64,000 nt of DNA from positions 1,184,001 to 1,248,000 of the forward strand of contig CBDCWI010000002.1 in assembly GCA_965223325.1 (NCBI GenBank), written 5' to 3'. The notes below the pieces were generated by a model. That model did not search any database. It was not told the DNA's origin and worked only from the letters and a program-made list of their open reading frames with translations. Origin of the DNA: Candidatus Multivoradales bacterium. Lineage in GTDB: Bacteria; Acidobacteriota; Thermoanaerobaculia; Multivoradales; Multivoraceae. This document shows positions 38,058 to 48,664 of this stretch, in pieces; position 1 is the first letter of the stretch; each line of letters opens with the position of its first letter. The position numbers and the translations under genes were made by a program.

Positions 38058-39710
38058 GTGCCTGTGTCACTCGACCGGTTCTTGTTCGCCAGCGGCCTGC
38101 TCTGGCTCGTCGCCATCTTCTTTGCCCTTGCGGCCAGGGGCCAGGGCTGGGACCAAACGATCTGGGTCCTCCAGCAACACCCCAGCGCTTCCGACGCCAA
38201 CCCGGGCAGTCAAAGCCTGCCACTCGAGACCATCCAGGAAGCCGTCGACCGGGCTCTCGTCAACAAGCGCGCCGAGCGCTCGACCCGCGTCGTCATTGGA
38301 GCGGGTCTCTACCGCGAGTCCGTTCTCTTCGACCGCTACACCAACCACCCCAGCAATCAACCGGGCAACTCGACGGCGATGCTGGTCGAGCGCGACCCCG
38401 ACATAGAGCCCGGATCGGTCGTTATCTCGGGAGCCGACCTGTGGACAGACTGGAGCGCGGCCGGTGAAGGCCGGTTCACACACGCCTGGCCTCACGATTG
38501 GGGCGAGGCAGCCAGCGACCCGACGGGGGTTCCGCCGCTCTCTCAGCGCCGTGAGATGGTCATTGTCGACGGCCAGATGTTGCGCCAGGTAGCCGCACCC
38601 GAGGAGCTCGGGCCCGGCACCTTCTTCGTCGATGAGGCGGCAGATCTCCTCACCCTCGAGACCAGCGACGGTCAACTGGGAAACGTCGAGGTCGCGGTCC
38701 GCGAGCGACTCTGGTGGCTGGAGTTCGAGAGCAACATCACGATACGCGGACTGTCTTTCGAGCACGCCTCGACGCCGTGGCTAAACGGTTACGGTGCGGT
38801 CCGCACGAGCGGCGGTCAAAACGTCACCTTCGAAGACCTGGTCATCCGCTTCGTCAATGGCAACGGGATCTATCTAGAAGGCGAAGACCTGACCCTCAGG
38901 CGGGCGGACCTTTCGGACGTGGGCTACAACGCCTGGGCGACCTTCCACGCCAAGAACGTGCTCATCGAAGACATCGTCGCCAACCGCAACAACTGGCGCG
39001 GCAAGCTCACGGGCTGGGCCAGCTGGTCGGTCGGCAACAAGCTGTTCGGTATCCATGGGCTCACGCTCCGCCGTTACAGCGCCCACGACAACTTCGGTCG
39101 CGGTCTCTGGCTTGACTACGACCTCCAGGACGTCCTCATCGAAGACATCGAACTAGAGGGCAACAGCCGCGATGGCATCTTCATCGAGGCCAGTCCGGGC
39201 CCCATCGTCATCCGCCGCGCCCGTATCTGTGGCAATGGCGAGTACGGCATCCTGACGGCCAACTCGATGGACACGACCCTCGATCGCGTCACCGTATGTG
39301 ATAACCAGCAGGCGGCCCTCATGGTCTCGGGAGAAGACGACGGACGCACGATCACCGACTGGGAGACCGGCACGCAGCACACCCTCTTCCTCGACAACTG
39401 GACCATCCTCGCCTCGTGCTTTGCCGGCAAAGAGGACTTCCTGTTCGCGACCACCCTCGACAACAGCTGGTCGACCTGGCTCGCCAACCTGAACTCCGGC
39501 TGGAACGACTGGCGGCACGATCAAACCGCGCTCGCCTTCCGCCTCCAACATGGCGAGGTGGTCGACTTCGAGGGCTTTCGAAGCCAAACCGGCGAAGGCT
39601 CTCGGTCTCTCTTCGCCATGACCGACGCCTCAGCCTGCCGACCCTTCCTGTTCGTCGACGACTTCGAGAGTGGCGCGCTGGGCCGCTGGTGGTTGGCGCG
39701 TGGCAGTTGA
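38058..39710 (+). CDS. Secreted right-handed beta-helix (pectin-lyase-like) protein with C-terminal FxDDFESG motif
   Basis: Signal peptide, ASDANPGS..PL.TIQ.A, GLYRE, PbH1-like repeats (GLWLDYD, GIFIEAS), strong AAGGAGGG RBS. Confidence 0.85.
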   Translation: MPVSLDRFLFASGLLWLVAIFFALAARGQGWDQTIWVLQQHPSASDANPGSQSLPLETIQEAVDRALVNKRAERSTRVVIGAGLYRESVLFDRYTNHPSNQPGNSTAMLVERDPDIEPGSVVISGADLWTDWSAAGEGRFTHAWPHDWGEAASDPTGVPPLSQRREMVIVDGQMLRQVAAPEELGPGTFFVDEAADLLTLETSDGQLGNVEVAVRERLWWLEFESNITIRGLSFEHASTPWLNGYGAVRTSGGQNVTFEDLVIRFVNGNGIYLEGEDLTLRRADLSDVGYNAWATFHAKNVLIEDIVANRNNWRGKLTGWASWSVGNKLFGIHGLTLRRYSAHDNFGRGLWLDYDLQDVLIEDIELEGNSRDGIFIEASPGPIVIRRARICGNGEYGILTANSMDTTLDRVTVCDNQQAALMVSGEDDGRTITDWETGTQHTLFLDNWTILASCFAGKEDFLFATTLDNSWSTWLANLNSGWNDWRHDQTALAFRLQHGEVVDFEGFRSQTGEGSRSLFAMTDASACRPFLFVDDFESGALGRWWLARGS

Positions 39711-39861
39711 GGCTCGAGCGGCGCGCAACCGATCGAGGAACCTCATGTTCTCTGGTTGATACGCTTCTGCCTGGGTCTACGGCCCACCTTCCCAACCACC
39801 CTCCAGGAAACGGTCCCCGATGCCTCCCAAGCCCGCCAGCGCCACCGAAGGCGCTCCAACA

Positions 39862-40704
39862 ATGATCATTCCCAACGGCACGCGGATCGAGGTCGACGGC
39901 CACAATCAGCTTTCGATTCGGACTCCCGGCAACCTCGTGCTTCAGAACTCCGGTTCGTACGGCACCATCGAGTCGGCCACCGGCTCGATTCGCATCGAGC
40001 CCAACGTCCAGGTCGAAGCGGTTACCGTAGAGTGCGCCGACGTCTGCTACATCCAGGGCAGCCTCACGGCGTGGAAGGTCAAGGCTCGCTCGATCGAGCT
40101 CGAGGAGTCGGCCCGCGCCCACATCATCCTGCAGGAGACCGAGAGTCTGCACATTGGGCGCGAGGCTCGGATGGTGGGCAACTTCCGGTCGGAGAAGGAG
40201 CTCTTCCTGCTGCTCTCACGCTTCGCCAAACAACTGCGCGGCATGCCCTTCTACAACGAAAAACGCATGTCAGTTCCCCAGGACATGATTGCCGGCGCCG
40301 AGGCGGTGCTCGACATCACCAGCACCGGCAGTTCGCCGGCAGCGGCGCCCGAGCACGATCCCTATGCCGGGCGCTACGGGCATCCCGAGGCGGCACCCAT
40401 CGCAGCGAACCTCGCAGAAGACGCTGCCCCGCCGGCACCCGCACCGGGTGGTGACGAACTGCCCGAGGGCCTCTTGTTTGCCCTCGTACTGCTCGAGCGC
40501 GAAGGTGAACGCCCGGGCAACGGCCCGCGCGCCGATCAGGCCGTCAGCCAGCTTCTGAAGCTGCTACGCAGTCGCGACCTCGAAACGCTCGGCGACACCT
40601 ACCATGAGCTCTTCCGGAGTATTGTCGAGCCAAGCGACGACATCAGCCGCGCGCGCGAGATGGTTCACGGGCACTTCTCAACTGCTCCGCAGCCGGCCTC
40701 CTAG
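39862..40704 (+). CDS. Hypothetical protein with bactofilin/beta-solenoid-like N-terminal domain
   Basis: Repeating G.I.I / V.A..V beta units ending in ARMVGNF, Ala/Pro linker, helical C-terminal domain. Confidence 0.6.
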   Translation: MIIPNGTRIEVDGHNQLSIRTPGNLVLQNSGSYGTIESATGSIRIEPNVQVEAVTVECADVCYIQGSLTAWKVKARSIELEESARAHIILQETESLHIGREARMVGNFRSEKELFLLLSRFAKQLRGMPFYNEKRMSVPQDMIAGAEAVLDITSTGSSPAAAPEHDPYAGRYGHPEAAPIAANLAEDAAPPAPAPGGDELPEGLLFALVLLEREGERPGNGPRADQAVSQLLKLLRSRDLETLGDTYHELFRSIVEPSDDISRAREMVHGHFSTAPQPAS

Positions 40705-40723
40705 AAGGGTTGCGAGCCAGCCC

Positions 40724-41794
40724 ATGATGCGGTTTCTGTTTCGGCTCCTCCTGATCCTCCTGGTCGTTGGAGGTCTCTTCTACGTCTACACAGCCAACCG
40801 GGCCGGCGAGTTCCGCTCGCTCGGAGAGCCGGTCGCTCTTGCCTGTGAGTCAGTTTCTGGCATGCCCGGCGCCGAAGACATCACCATCGACTACGCCAGC
40901 CGAACAGCTCTCGTGTCGTCTTTCGATCGTGCCCGGGCCCTCGCGGACGAGAACGTCCTGGGCGCGATCTTTGCGCTTCCCCTCGACGGCGGCGCGCCAC
41001 GGAACCTGACCGCCGACCTCGATCTCGAGCTGCGCCCACACGGGCTTTCGCTCTTGGTCCCGGGCAGCTTGCGCGAAGACCTCACCCAACCGCTCCTGTT
41101 CGTGATCAACCACCCTCTTGATCGCAGCGAACCGGACCGGGTCGAAATCTTTGCCTGGGACGGCGAGCACCTCGCCCACCAGCAGACTCTCTCTCATCCC
41201 TCGTTTCGCAACTTCAACGACCTGGCGGCAGTCGACGTCGACTCCTTCTACGCCACCATGGACCACGGCGGGAGCGGCGCCGCCAATACCATCGAGGACT
41301 ATCTCGGTCTGGATCGCGCCGGCGTCCTCTACTACAACGGCGGGAGTGCCACGCAAGTCGCTTTCGATCTCGGCTATGCCAACGGCATTGCGCTCAGCCG
41401 CGAGGGTCGAGTGGTCTACGTCGCCTCGTCGACGAACGCGAAGATCCACGTCTTTGCGCGCGACGCAACCGCCGGCAGGCTCGAGGAAGTTGCACCGATC
41501 GACCTACCAACCCACCCCGACAACCTCGAGATCGACCGACATGGCAGGCTCTGGATCGGAGCGCACCCTCGCCTGCTGACCTTCGCCCGCCATGCCAGCG
41601 ACCCCGAGCGCCTGTCACCATCCGAGGCGCTCTGGGTCGACCCTGACGGTCAGACCGATCCGCCCATCCGCACTGTCTACCTCGACCCGGGCGACGAACT
41701 CTCGGGGTCGAGCGTTGCAGCGCCCTTCGGCGACCGCATCCTGATCGGCTCGGTCTTCGAACCCCATCTCCTGAACTGCGGCTACGGCCGCTGA
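40724..41794 (+). CDS. Paraoxonase/arylesterase-like six-bladed beta-propeller (SMP-30 family)
   Basis: GAEDI, PHGLS, FVINH, NDL, ANGI, PDNL; N-terminal membrane anchor. Confidence 0.85.
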   Translation: MMRFLFRLLLILLVVGGLFYVYTANRAGEFRSLGEPVALACESVSGMPGAEDITIDYASRTALVSSFDRARALADENVLGAIFALPLDGGAPRNLTADLDLELRPHGLSLLVPGSLREDLTQPLLFVINHPLDRSEPDRVEIFAWDGEHLAHQQTLSHPSFRNFNDLAAVDVDSFYATMDHGGSGAANTIEDYLGLDRAGVLYYNGGSATQVAFDLGYANGIALSREGRVVYVASSTNAKIHVFARDATAGRLEEVAPIDLPTHPDNLEIDRHGRLWIGAHPRLLTFARHASDPERLSPSEALWVDPDGQTDPPIRTVYLDPGDELSGSSVAAPFGDRILIGSVFEPHLLNCGYGR

Positions 41795-41804
41795 TCTGGG
41801 CGCT

Positions 41805-43748
41805 CTACTGGGCTTCTTCGACTTCGAGTAGCTTGCCTGAGGCCAGGCCTTCGCTCACCACCTGGGTTTTGCCGTTCGGCCACACCACTTCGACCTTCTC
41901 CGGCTGCGCACCGCCAAGACCGAACCAGAGCGGCTGCGAGCTCTGTGAGAGATAGCCGGAGCGACCGTCGTGAAGCTGGGTCTGCACACGGCCCTTGGCA
42001 TAGACCCGCACGAGGGCACCCAGACCATCGCGATTCGAGGTCGTTCCGCGTAGCTCGATCGCCAACCAGGTGGTTCGGCGACGCTCGCTCAGGTCGCTGA
42101 CCAGGACCTGCGGCAGGCTGTTCCATTCCCCGGTCACGATGTCGAGATCGCCGTCCCCTTCGATGTCGAAGATCGCAGCCGTCCGCGTTCCCTTCGTTCC
42201 CTCGACCACGTAGCGGCCTCGTCGAGGACCGCAAATGCGTCCGTGGCGCGGCCAGGCTCGGTCGACCTCGTCACCGCAGTCGACGACGAAGTACGGGAGA
42301 TGGAAGTTGCCATCGGCGCGGGGCTCGATTCCGAGCACGAACTCTGCGTGGCGGAAAACCTCGCCCTCATCGTTGAGCAACACCGAGTTCACCGCATAGC
42401 GGTAGGGATAAGCCATGCTCGAGGCGATGAACACGTCGCTCCAACCGTCGGCGTTGAGGTCGCCGACACTCGCCCCCCACGGCCAGTAGTTCTCCGCGTT
42501 GATCTCATCGGAGAGCTCTTCGAAGGGTGCCTCGCCGGTGTTGCGATAGAAGGCGTTGCCGAAAATGTTGTCGTCGCCACCCTGAAGGTGGTTGTCGTCC
42601 CACATCATGATGGCCTTTTCGTACTCTCCCGGCGGATCGACCTCGAGGCTCATGTCGGAGTGCATGTCGGTCAACAGGAGGTCGAGCAGCCCATCGCCGT
42701 TCTGGTCGAGGACCGCCACACCCATCGCACCCCAGGGGGTCTTGGGAAACCACTTGGCCCGCTGTTCGACGAAACGTTCTCCCCCCTGGTTGACCCAGAA
42801 ATGGTCATCTCCCTGCATGTTGAGAACGTAGAGGTCGACCAGACCGTCACCGGTGAAGTCGACCGGCGCTGCATCGCCCGACCAGCTGTCATCGAGAAGA
42901 CCGGTTGCTTCGGTCACATCTTCGAAACGGATCCGGCCTTCCGCCGACTTTCCGAGACCGCGGTACAAACGGCTGGTTTCGGCCCGCTCCGGAAAGAGGT
43001 GACCCGAGAAGGCGTCTTCACGGCCGATGTAGTACCCCCCGGGGCCGCGCTCATCAACTGTGTATGAGCCCACATTGGTCACGAACAGGTCGAGCACCCC
43101 GTCGCGGTCGTAGTCGAAGAAGACGGCACCGGATGAATGCGCCGACTCCTCGAGACCACTTTCGGCGGTCACGTCGCGGAACCGACCCTTGCCGTCGTTC
43201 TCGAACAAGACGTTGCCACCGCGGACGCTGGTGACGAACAGGTCGGGGTCACCGTCGTTGTCGACGTCGGCAAAAGCGCCCGCCACACTGACCCGATCGG
43301 GCAACTCGACACCGACGGCCTTCTGTTCGAACTTGCCACCGCCCTTGTTCTCGTAGAACACGTTGGGGCCGACCTGGTTGAGTTGCAGCATGTCGGACAG
43401 TCCGTCGCCATCGACGTCGGCGAGCAGCAGGCCGTTGCCGTGGTCGTAGTGCACCATCTTCATGCGGCGCCCACCGTCTTCGGTGATGGTGTGTGGCTGG
43501 TCGAGGCCACTCGCCGCCTGCTGATCGGAGAAGGAGAACCCGGTAAAGACTTTCCAATCCTGCGCAGCGGCCAGCTGCGCATCACGACGCTGCGGCAGTT
43601 GACGGATACCGACGTCGACAGCCGGCACTTTGAGGTGTTCGAGTTCTCGAAGCTCCTCTTCGCTGGGTGTTCCTTGAGCCCACAATCCCGCGACTCCGAA
43701 CAAGGCCCCTGTTGCGCAAAGAAGCGCCTGCGGCACGATCATCTTCAT
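41805..43748 (-). CDS. CRTAC1/ASPIC-UnbV family FG-GAP repeat protein
   Basis: Multiple D.D.DG..D Ca-binding repeats, SNRDGLGA.V.V, GYLSQS..LWFGLG, VVWP.G. Confidence 0.88.
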   Translation of the reverse strand: MKMIVPQALLCATGALFGVAGLWAQGTPSEEELRELEHLKVPAVDVGIRQLPQRRDAQLAAAQDWKVFTGFSFSDQQAASGLDQPHTITEDGGRRMKMVHYDHGNGLLLADVDGDGLSDMLQLNQVGPNVFYENKGGGKFEQKAVGVELPDRVSVAGAFADVDNDGDPDLFVTSVRGGNVLFENDGKGRFRDVTAESGLEESAHSSGAVFFDYDRDGVLDLFVTNVGSYTVDERGPGGYYIGREDAFSGHLFPERAETSRLYRGLGKSAEGRIRFEDVTEATGLLDDSWSGDAAPVDFTGDGLVDLYVLNMQGDDHFWVNQGGERFVEQRAKWFPKTPWGAMGVAVLDQNGDGLLDLLLTDMHSDMSLEVDPPGEYEKAIMMWDDNHLQGGDDNIFGNAFYRNTGEAPFEELSDEINAENYWPWGASVGDLNADGWSDVFIASSMAYPYRYAVNSVLLNDEGEVFRHAEFVLGIEPRADGNFHLPYFVVDCGDEVDRAWPRHGRICGPRRGRYVVEGTKGTRTAAIFDIEGDGDLDIVTGEWNSLPQVLVSDLSERRRTTWLAIELRGTTSNRDGLGALVRVYAKGRVQTQLHDGRSGYLSQSSQPLWFGLGGAQPEKVEVVWPNGKTQVVSEGLASGKLLEVEEAQ

Positions 43749-43857
43749 GACGAAAACCCCGTCGGCCGCGGGTGCTGGAGACCGCGGCCAGTTCTTTCTG
43801 TAGCCCTAGAGCCCCATGCTATCCGGTTGCGGGGCCCGGCACGGAAGTGGCCGTCGG

Positions 43858-44925
43858 CTAGCGCTGAATCAAGCGCGGCAGGGGCTCGAAGTCTGCCGAC
43901 GGAGCCTGCCGAGCGCGCACCAGGAGCTCTTCCTCGTCGCTCCAACGATGGTCGAGCATGTAGATGCGCGGATCGAGCGGCGTGAACTCACCGTCCTCGT
44001 TCGATTGACGGATTTCGTAGTGGAGATGGGGGTTGGTGCTCCAGCCCGTGTTGCCGACGGTTCCAATGATGTCGCCCTGCCGAACGCGTTGGCCGGTGCG
44101 CACCTCGACCTGGTCCATGTGCCCGAAAAGGGTGATGAAGCGATCACCGTGGCGCAGTGAGACCATGTTGCCGTAACGCCACCAGGCCACGCTTTGTTTG
44201 AGTGGGTAGCGCCCCGCGAAAGTGACCTTGCCGTCTGCCGGTGCGTAGATCGGCACACCGGTGTGGGCGGCGAGGTCGAGCCCGGCGTGAAAGTCGGCCT
44301 TCTTGGTGAACGGGCTGCGGCGCATGCCAAACGGACTGGTGAGCCGGAAGTCCGAGTCCTGCAGCGGTGACATCGAGGGCACCGTGCGCACCTGATCGGT
44401 GTGGGCGTCTTCGAAGGTCTGGATCTCGCTGAGGAAGGCCTCGAGCACCCGGATCTGCTCACGCACCTCGGATTCGGCGGTGGCGGTGCGTTCGATGTCG
44501 GGGCCGAACGAGCCCGGCAGCTCCAGACCTTCGATCGAGAGCTCGCCCGGGTAGCCACCCTGGCCGATCGACGAGTCGTTCGCCAGACCGTAAGCAAGAT
44601 AGATCTTGTTCATCCGCAGGTTGAGCTCGGCACTGCGGTCGTTCAAGCCACCGAGCCGTCTTTCGAGCGCAATGAGCCGTTCGCCGAGCACTTGACGCGT
44701 CTCGAGCATCGCCTGGCGCTCCTGGGCCTGCAGGTGGGTCTTGATGACCGCCGGTGCGAGCGCCAGACCACCGACAATGAAGCCTACCCACGCGAGGCCC
44801 AGAGCGACCCAGGCCATCACCTTGGCACGGCTCAAGAAGACGTAGCGCACGCCCTTCTGGATGTCGCTGGGGTGGATCTGAATCTCGAGCTGGTGCTTTC
44901 GATCCTGGTTGGTGCTACGTGTCAC
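43858..44925 (-). CDS. M23 family metalloendopeptidase with coiled coil
   Basis: HAGLD, YGN.V...H, STNPHLHYEI; N-terminal TM segment. Confidence 0.92.
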   Translation of the reverse strand: MTRSTNQDRKHQLEIQIHPSDIQKGVRYVFLSRAKVMAWVALGLAWVGFIVGGLALAPAVIKTHLQAQERQAMLETRQVLGERLIALERRLGGLNDRSAELNLRMNKIYLAYGLANDSSIGQGGYPGELSIEGLELPGSFGPDIERTATAESEVREQIRVLEAFLSEIQTFEDAHTDQVRTVPSMSPLQDSDFRLTSPFGMRRSPFTKKADFHAGLDLAAHTGVPIYAPADGKVTFAGRYPLKQSVAWWRYGNMVSLRHGDRFITLFGHMDQVEVRTGQRVRQGDIIGTVGNTGWSTNPHLHYEIRQSNEDGEFTPLDPRIYMLDHRWSDEEELLVRARQAPSADFEPLPRLIQR

Positions 44926-45157
44926 GGGATTGCGTCGAGTTGAAATGGTCGTGTTCTTGTTCGGATCGCTCGGCGGCGCGCTTGCGTCGTGCGGGTCTGG
45001 CCGCTCGTAATTCCAGTTTTATTAGTATACGGATCTATGGATGACCTGTCTCGCTCCGTGGATCCGGGGGGTTTTCGATGAATCTTGCTGAAACAAGTTC
45101 CGTGTGGTCAGGGGATGGGGTCTGAAAGGATCCTCTTGGCGCCTCTATACGCAACTC

Positions 45158-46027
45158 TCATGCCGGGCGCTCAATCTCCCCCGCCGGCTGGTCCGCCAGG
45201 AGTGCCCTCATTTCTTCCTCGCTGGTCGCCGCCTGGATGTGCTCGAGCAAACGCGCGTGAACCTCGGGCCGGCCGCCCACGATGTTGCCACTCGCCAACC
45301 AACCATCATCTCCATCCGTGTCCGAGACCACGCCGCCCGCCTCCTCGATCAGGAGGCCACCGGCCGCTGTGTCCCACGGCGACAGTGCAAACTCGAAAAA
45401 GCCGTCGTAGATTCCCGCCGCGACATGGGCGAGGTCGAGGGCGGCGGCACCGGCGCGCCGCACTCCCTGGGCCTCTAGAAAGACAGAACGAAAAACCTCC
45501 AGATAGGTTTCGAGGGCTGCGTGGGCCCGGAAGGGAAAGCCGGTGGCCAGAAAGGCACCGTCGAGGCCGTCTCGGCGCAGCGAACCGGCACGCTCACCGA
45601 GATCTTCACCGCCCCAACGGGTCCCCCTGCCATAGGTTGCCTCCCAGAGGTCCCCGGTGGTGGGCTGGTAGACCACCGCCGCGACCACGCGCCGCCGATG
45701 GCGCACCGCGATCGAAACGCACCAGGTCGGCAAACCGTGCACAAAGTTGCTGGTGCCATCGAGCGGATCGATGATCCACTCGAAGTCCGAGCCCTCTAGC
45801 GGAACGTCGAGCCCGCCTTCTTCGGCGAGAATGCGATGCCGCGGGCAGGCCTCGCGGATGACCGCGATGATCGCCTCTTCAGTCTCGCGATCGGCACGAG
45901 TCACCAGATCGTTGCGCGCTTTGACGTGGACCTCGAGCCGGGTGTCACGAAACCAGCGCAAGAGGCGCTCGCCACCCGCGTGTGCTGCCCGGATCGCCAG
46001 TGCAGCGAGCGGTTCGTATGTCGACAT
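45158..46027 (-). CDS. suhB: Inositol monophosphatase family (SuhB-like)
   Basis: DLVTRAD, AEE, WIIDPLDGTSNF, RRAGAAALDL, WDTAAG. Confidence 0.9.
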   Translation of the reverse strand: MSTYEPLAALAIRAAHAGGERLLRWFRDTRLEVHVKARNDLVTRADRETEEAIIAVIREACPRHRILAEEGGLDVPLEGSDFEWIIDPLDGTSNFVHGLPTWCVSIAVRHRRRVVAAVVYQPTTGDLWEATYGRGTRWGGEDLGERAGSLRRDGLDGAFLATGFPFRAHAALETYLEVFRSVFLEAQGVRRAGAAALDLAHVAAGIYDGFFEFALSPWDTAAGGLLIEEAGGVVSDTDGDDGWLASGNIVGGRPEVHARLLEHIQAATSEEEMRALLADQPAGEIERPA

Positions 46028-46173
46028 CACATTCTCCTTCACACCAAACAGGCTCCACGATCATCCGCCGCAGGGGACCGAGCCTCGCGGGAATCGGCCC
46101 CCGAGCACAGCGCGAAACAAAGGGGCAGTCAGGTCAAAGTAGAACGATCGAACACCGCATTGAAAGAGCGAGG

Positions 46174-46189
46174 TGCAAAGGGCCTGCCA
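46174..46189 (-). promoter_or_regulatory. Possible sigma54 promoter upstream of the suhB-like gene
   Basis: Minus strand TGGCAGGCCCTTTGCA (GG-N10-GC with TGGCA and TTGCA). Confidence 0.45.
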
Positions 46190-46305
46190 TGGCTGTCATC
46201 CCCTGCGGGCTGCTGTCGCACCCACGCAGCAAGAACCACGGCCAGGGTCGAGAGATCGAACGCCGATCGCCCAGGAAACGGGAAGCTCAACGCCCGGCCG
46301 CCGTT

Positions 46306-47661
46306 TCACGACGCGTCGAGATCAACGGGTCGGCCACCGACGATCGTGCCCGCTGCACCGCCTTTGAGTGTCCAGCCTTTGAACGGAGTGTTTCGCGACC
46401 TGCTCCGAAAAAGGGCAGGATCGATGGTTCGTTCACACTCGAGATCGATCAACGTCACATCGCCGCTGCTACCCGGTGAAAGCGAACCGAGACCAAGGTC
46501 GAAGACCCGCGCCGGTTGGCATGACAACAGGTCAACGAGCCGCGACAGGTCCATCGTGCCAGCCCGCACGAACCGGTCGAGGCAGAGAGCCAGGGTGGTC
46601 TCGAGGCCAACGATGCCATTGGGAGCGGCGATGAAGTCGATGTCCTTTTCGTCTGCGTGATGGGGCGCATGGTCGCTGGCGATGCAATCGATCGTGCCAT
46701 CGAGCAACCCTTCGAGCATCGCATCGCGGTCCGCGGCTGCGCGCAGCGGCGGGTGCATCTTGAAATCCGGGTCGAGCCCCGACTCGAAGACGTCGCGGTC
46801 GGTCAGCAGCAGGTGATGCGCCGACACTTCGGTGGTGACACAAACCCCACGCGCTTTGGCGTCGCGCACCATCGCTACCGCACGCGCCGTCGAGATGTGA
46901 GCCAGGTGGTAGTGGCCGCCGGTATCTTCAGCCAGGCAGAGATCACGCGCGATCATCACGTCGTCGGCCGAGCCAGGGATGCCCGGAACGCCGAGGCGGG
47001 CTGAGTACTCACCTTCGTGCATGACACCGTCGCCGGCCAGGTTCAGGTCTTCGCAGTGCTGGACGACGGGAAGGTTCCAGTGGCGTGCGTGCAGGAGCGC
47101 ATTGCGCATCAGCTCGGCATCGCTGACCGGGCGACCGTCATCCGAGAGCGCCACCGCGCCTGCGGCATGCAGGAGACCAGCCTCCGTCAGCTCGGCGCCC
47201 TCGAGACCACGGCTGATCGCCGCAATCGGGAAGACTCGTGCGAGAAGATGCCGGCGGGCTTCCTTCATCATGTGCTCGGTAACCGACGGCGTGTCGTTGA
47301 CCGGCGCGGTGTTGGGCATGCAGGCAACCGCGGTGAAACCGCCGGCGGCGGCGCTCCGGCAACCGGTCTCGATGGTCTCCTTGTACTCGAAGCCCGGTTC
47401 GCGCAGGTGCACATGAATGTCGATCAGCCCCGGAGTGACGACGAGGCCCTCCGCATCGACAACGCGGTCGCCGTCCCGACGCGCGATTCCTTCGGCGAGC
47501 TCTGAGACCACTCCGTCTTCGATCAACACATCAAGTGAGCGATCGAGCTCCTGGCTGGGGTCGACGACGCGCCCGCCGCGCACCAGAGTCCGTCCAGGAC
47601 AACGAAACGGCTGGGCAAATGGGTGCTCGGGACCGCCGGGCCTGGAAGCTCTGCCTGTCAC
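46306..47661 (-). CDS. pyrC: Dihydroorotase (type I)
   Basis: [38 protein letters not shown]. Confidence 0.93.
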   Translation of the reverse strand: MTGRASRPGGPEHPFAQPFRCPGRTLVRGGRVVDPSQELDRSLDVLIEDGVVSELAEGIARRDGDRVVDAEGLVVTPGLIDIHVHLREPGFEYKETIETGCRSAAAGGFTAVACMPNTAPVNDTPSVTEHMMKEARRHLLARVFPIAAISRGLEGAELTEAGLLHAAGAVALSDDGRPVSDAELMRNALLHARHWNLPVVQHCEDLNLAGDGVMHEGEYSARLGVPGIPGSADDVMIARDLCLAEDTGGHYHLAHISTARAVAMVRDAKARGVCVTTEVSAHHLLLTDRDVFESGLDPDFKMHPPLRAAADRDAMLEGLLDGTIDCIASDHAPHHADEKDIDFIAAPNGIVGLETTLALCLDRFVRAGTMDLSRLVDLLSCQPARVFDLGLGSLSPGSSGDVTLIDLECERTIDPALFRSRSRNTPFKGWTLKGGAAGTIVGGRPVDLDAS

Positions 47662-48626
47662 GGCAGCGCTCCCCCGACGCGGGTCGCGCGCCTGCCACTG
47701 CCGACGGTCAAGAGGTAGAGCACCGCCATGCGTACCGCGACACCGTTGGCGACCTGTTCGAGAATCACGGAGAACGGGCCATCTGCTACCTCGCTGGAGA
47801 TTTCGACACCGCGGTTCATCGGCCCGGGGTGCATGACGATGACGTCATCGTTGGCGCGTTCCAGGCGTTCGTTGGTCAGCCCGAACATCGCGAAGTACTC
47901 ACGCACGGTAGGAAAAGCTTTGCGACTCTGGCGCTCGAGCTGAATGCGCAACATCATCACCACGTCGGCCCCTTCGAGGGCCTCGTCGAGGCTGGCCGTC
48001 ACCTCGGCACCGAGTGCTTCCGGGCGGGTCGGCAGCATGGTGTGCGGCCCCGCCACGACGACGTTGGCACCCATCCTCTGCAGCAGGTGGATGTTCGAGC
48101 GCACCACTCGGCTATGGGCGATGTCGCCGATGATGGCCACCCGCAGGCCGTCGAGCTTGCCCTTGTGTTGCCGAATGGTGAGTGCGTCGAGCAGAGCCTG
48201 TGTGGGGTGTTCGTGACTGCCGTCACCGGCGTTGATCACCCCAGCCTCGACCCGCCGGGCGACCGCCTGTGGCACTCCGGGGTGGGCGTGACGCAGAACG
48301 ACAACGTCGGGGGCCATCGACTGTAGGTTGCGCACCGTGTCGAGCAGGGTTTCACCCTTAGACAGCGACGACGACCCGGTGCCGAAGTTGATTGCGTCGG
48401 CCGACATGCGTTTGGCCGCGATCTCGAAGCTGGTGCGGGTACGGGTCGAGGGCTCGAAGAAGGCGTTGATGACCGTACGCCCACGCAGCGTAGGCACCTT
48501 CTTGATGGGCCGCGCGGCGACCTCGAGGAATGACTCCGCCGTGTCGAGTATGTGGTCGATCTCGCCGACTTCGAGTTCGTCGGTGCCGAGCAGATCCTTG
48601 CGCTCCCAGAGTGGATCACCTGCCAC
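47658..48626 (-). CDS. pyrB: Aspartate carbamoyltransferase catalytic subunit
   Basis: [46 protein letters not shown]. Confidence 0.97.
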   Translation of the reverse strand: MAGDPLWERKDLLGTDELEVGEIDHILDTAESFLEVAARPIKKVPTLRGRTVINAFFEPSTRTRTSFEIAAKRMSADAINFGTGSSSLSKGETLLDTVRNLQSMAPDVVVLRHAHPGVPQAVARRVEAGVINAGDGSHEHPTQALLDALTIRQHKGKLDGLRVAIIGDIAHSRVVRSNIHLLQRMGANVVVAGPHTMLPTRPEALGAEVTASLDEALEGADVVMMLRIQLERQSRKAFPTVREYFAMFGLTNERLERANDDVIVMHPGPMNRGVEISSEVADGPFSVILEQVANGVAVRMAVLYLLTVGSGRRATRVGGALP

Positions 48627-48664
48627 GGTCTGACCTCGGCGCTGAGACGCTCGGCGACATTGCT

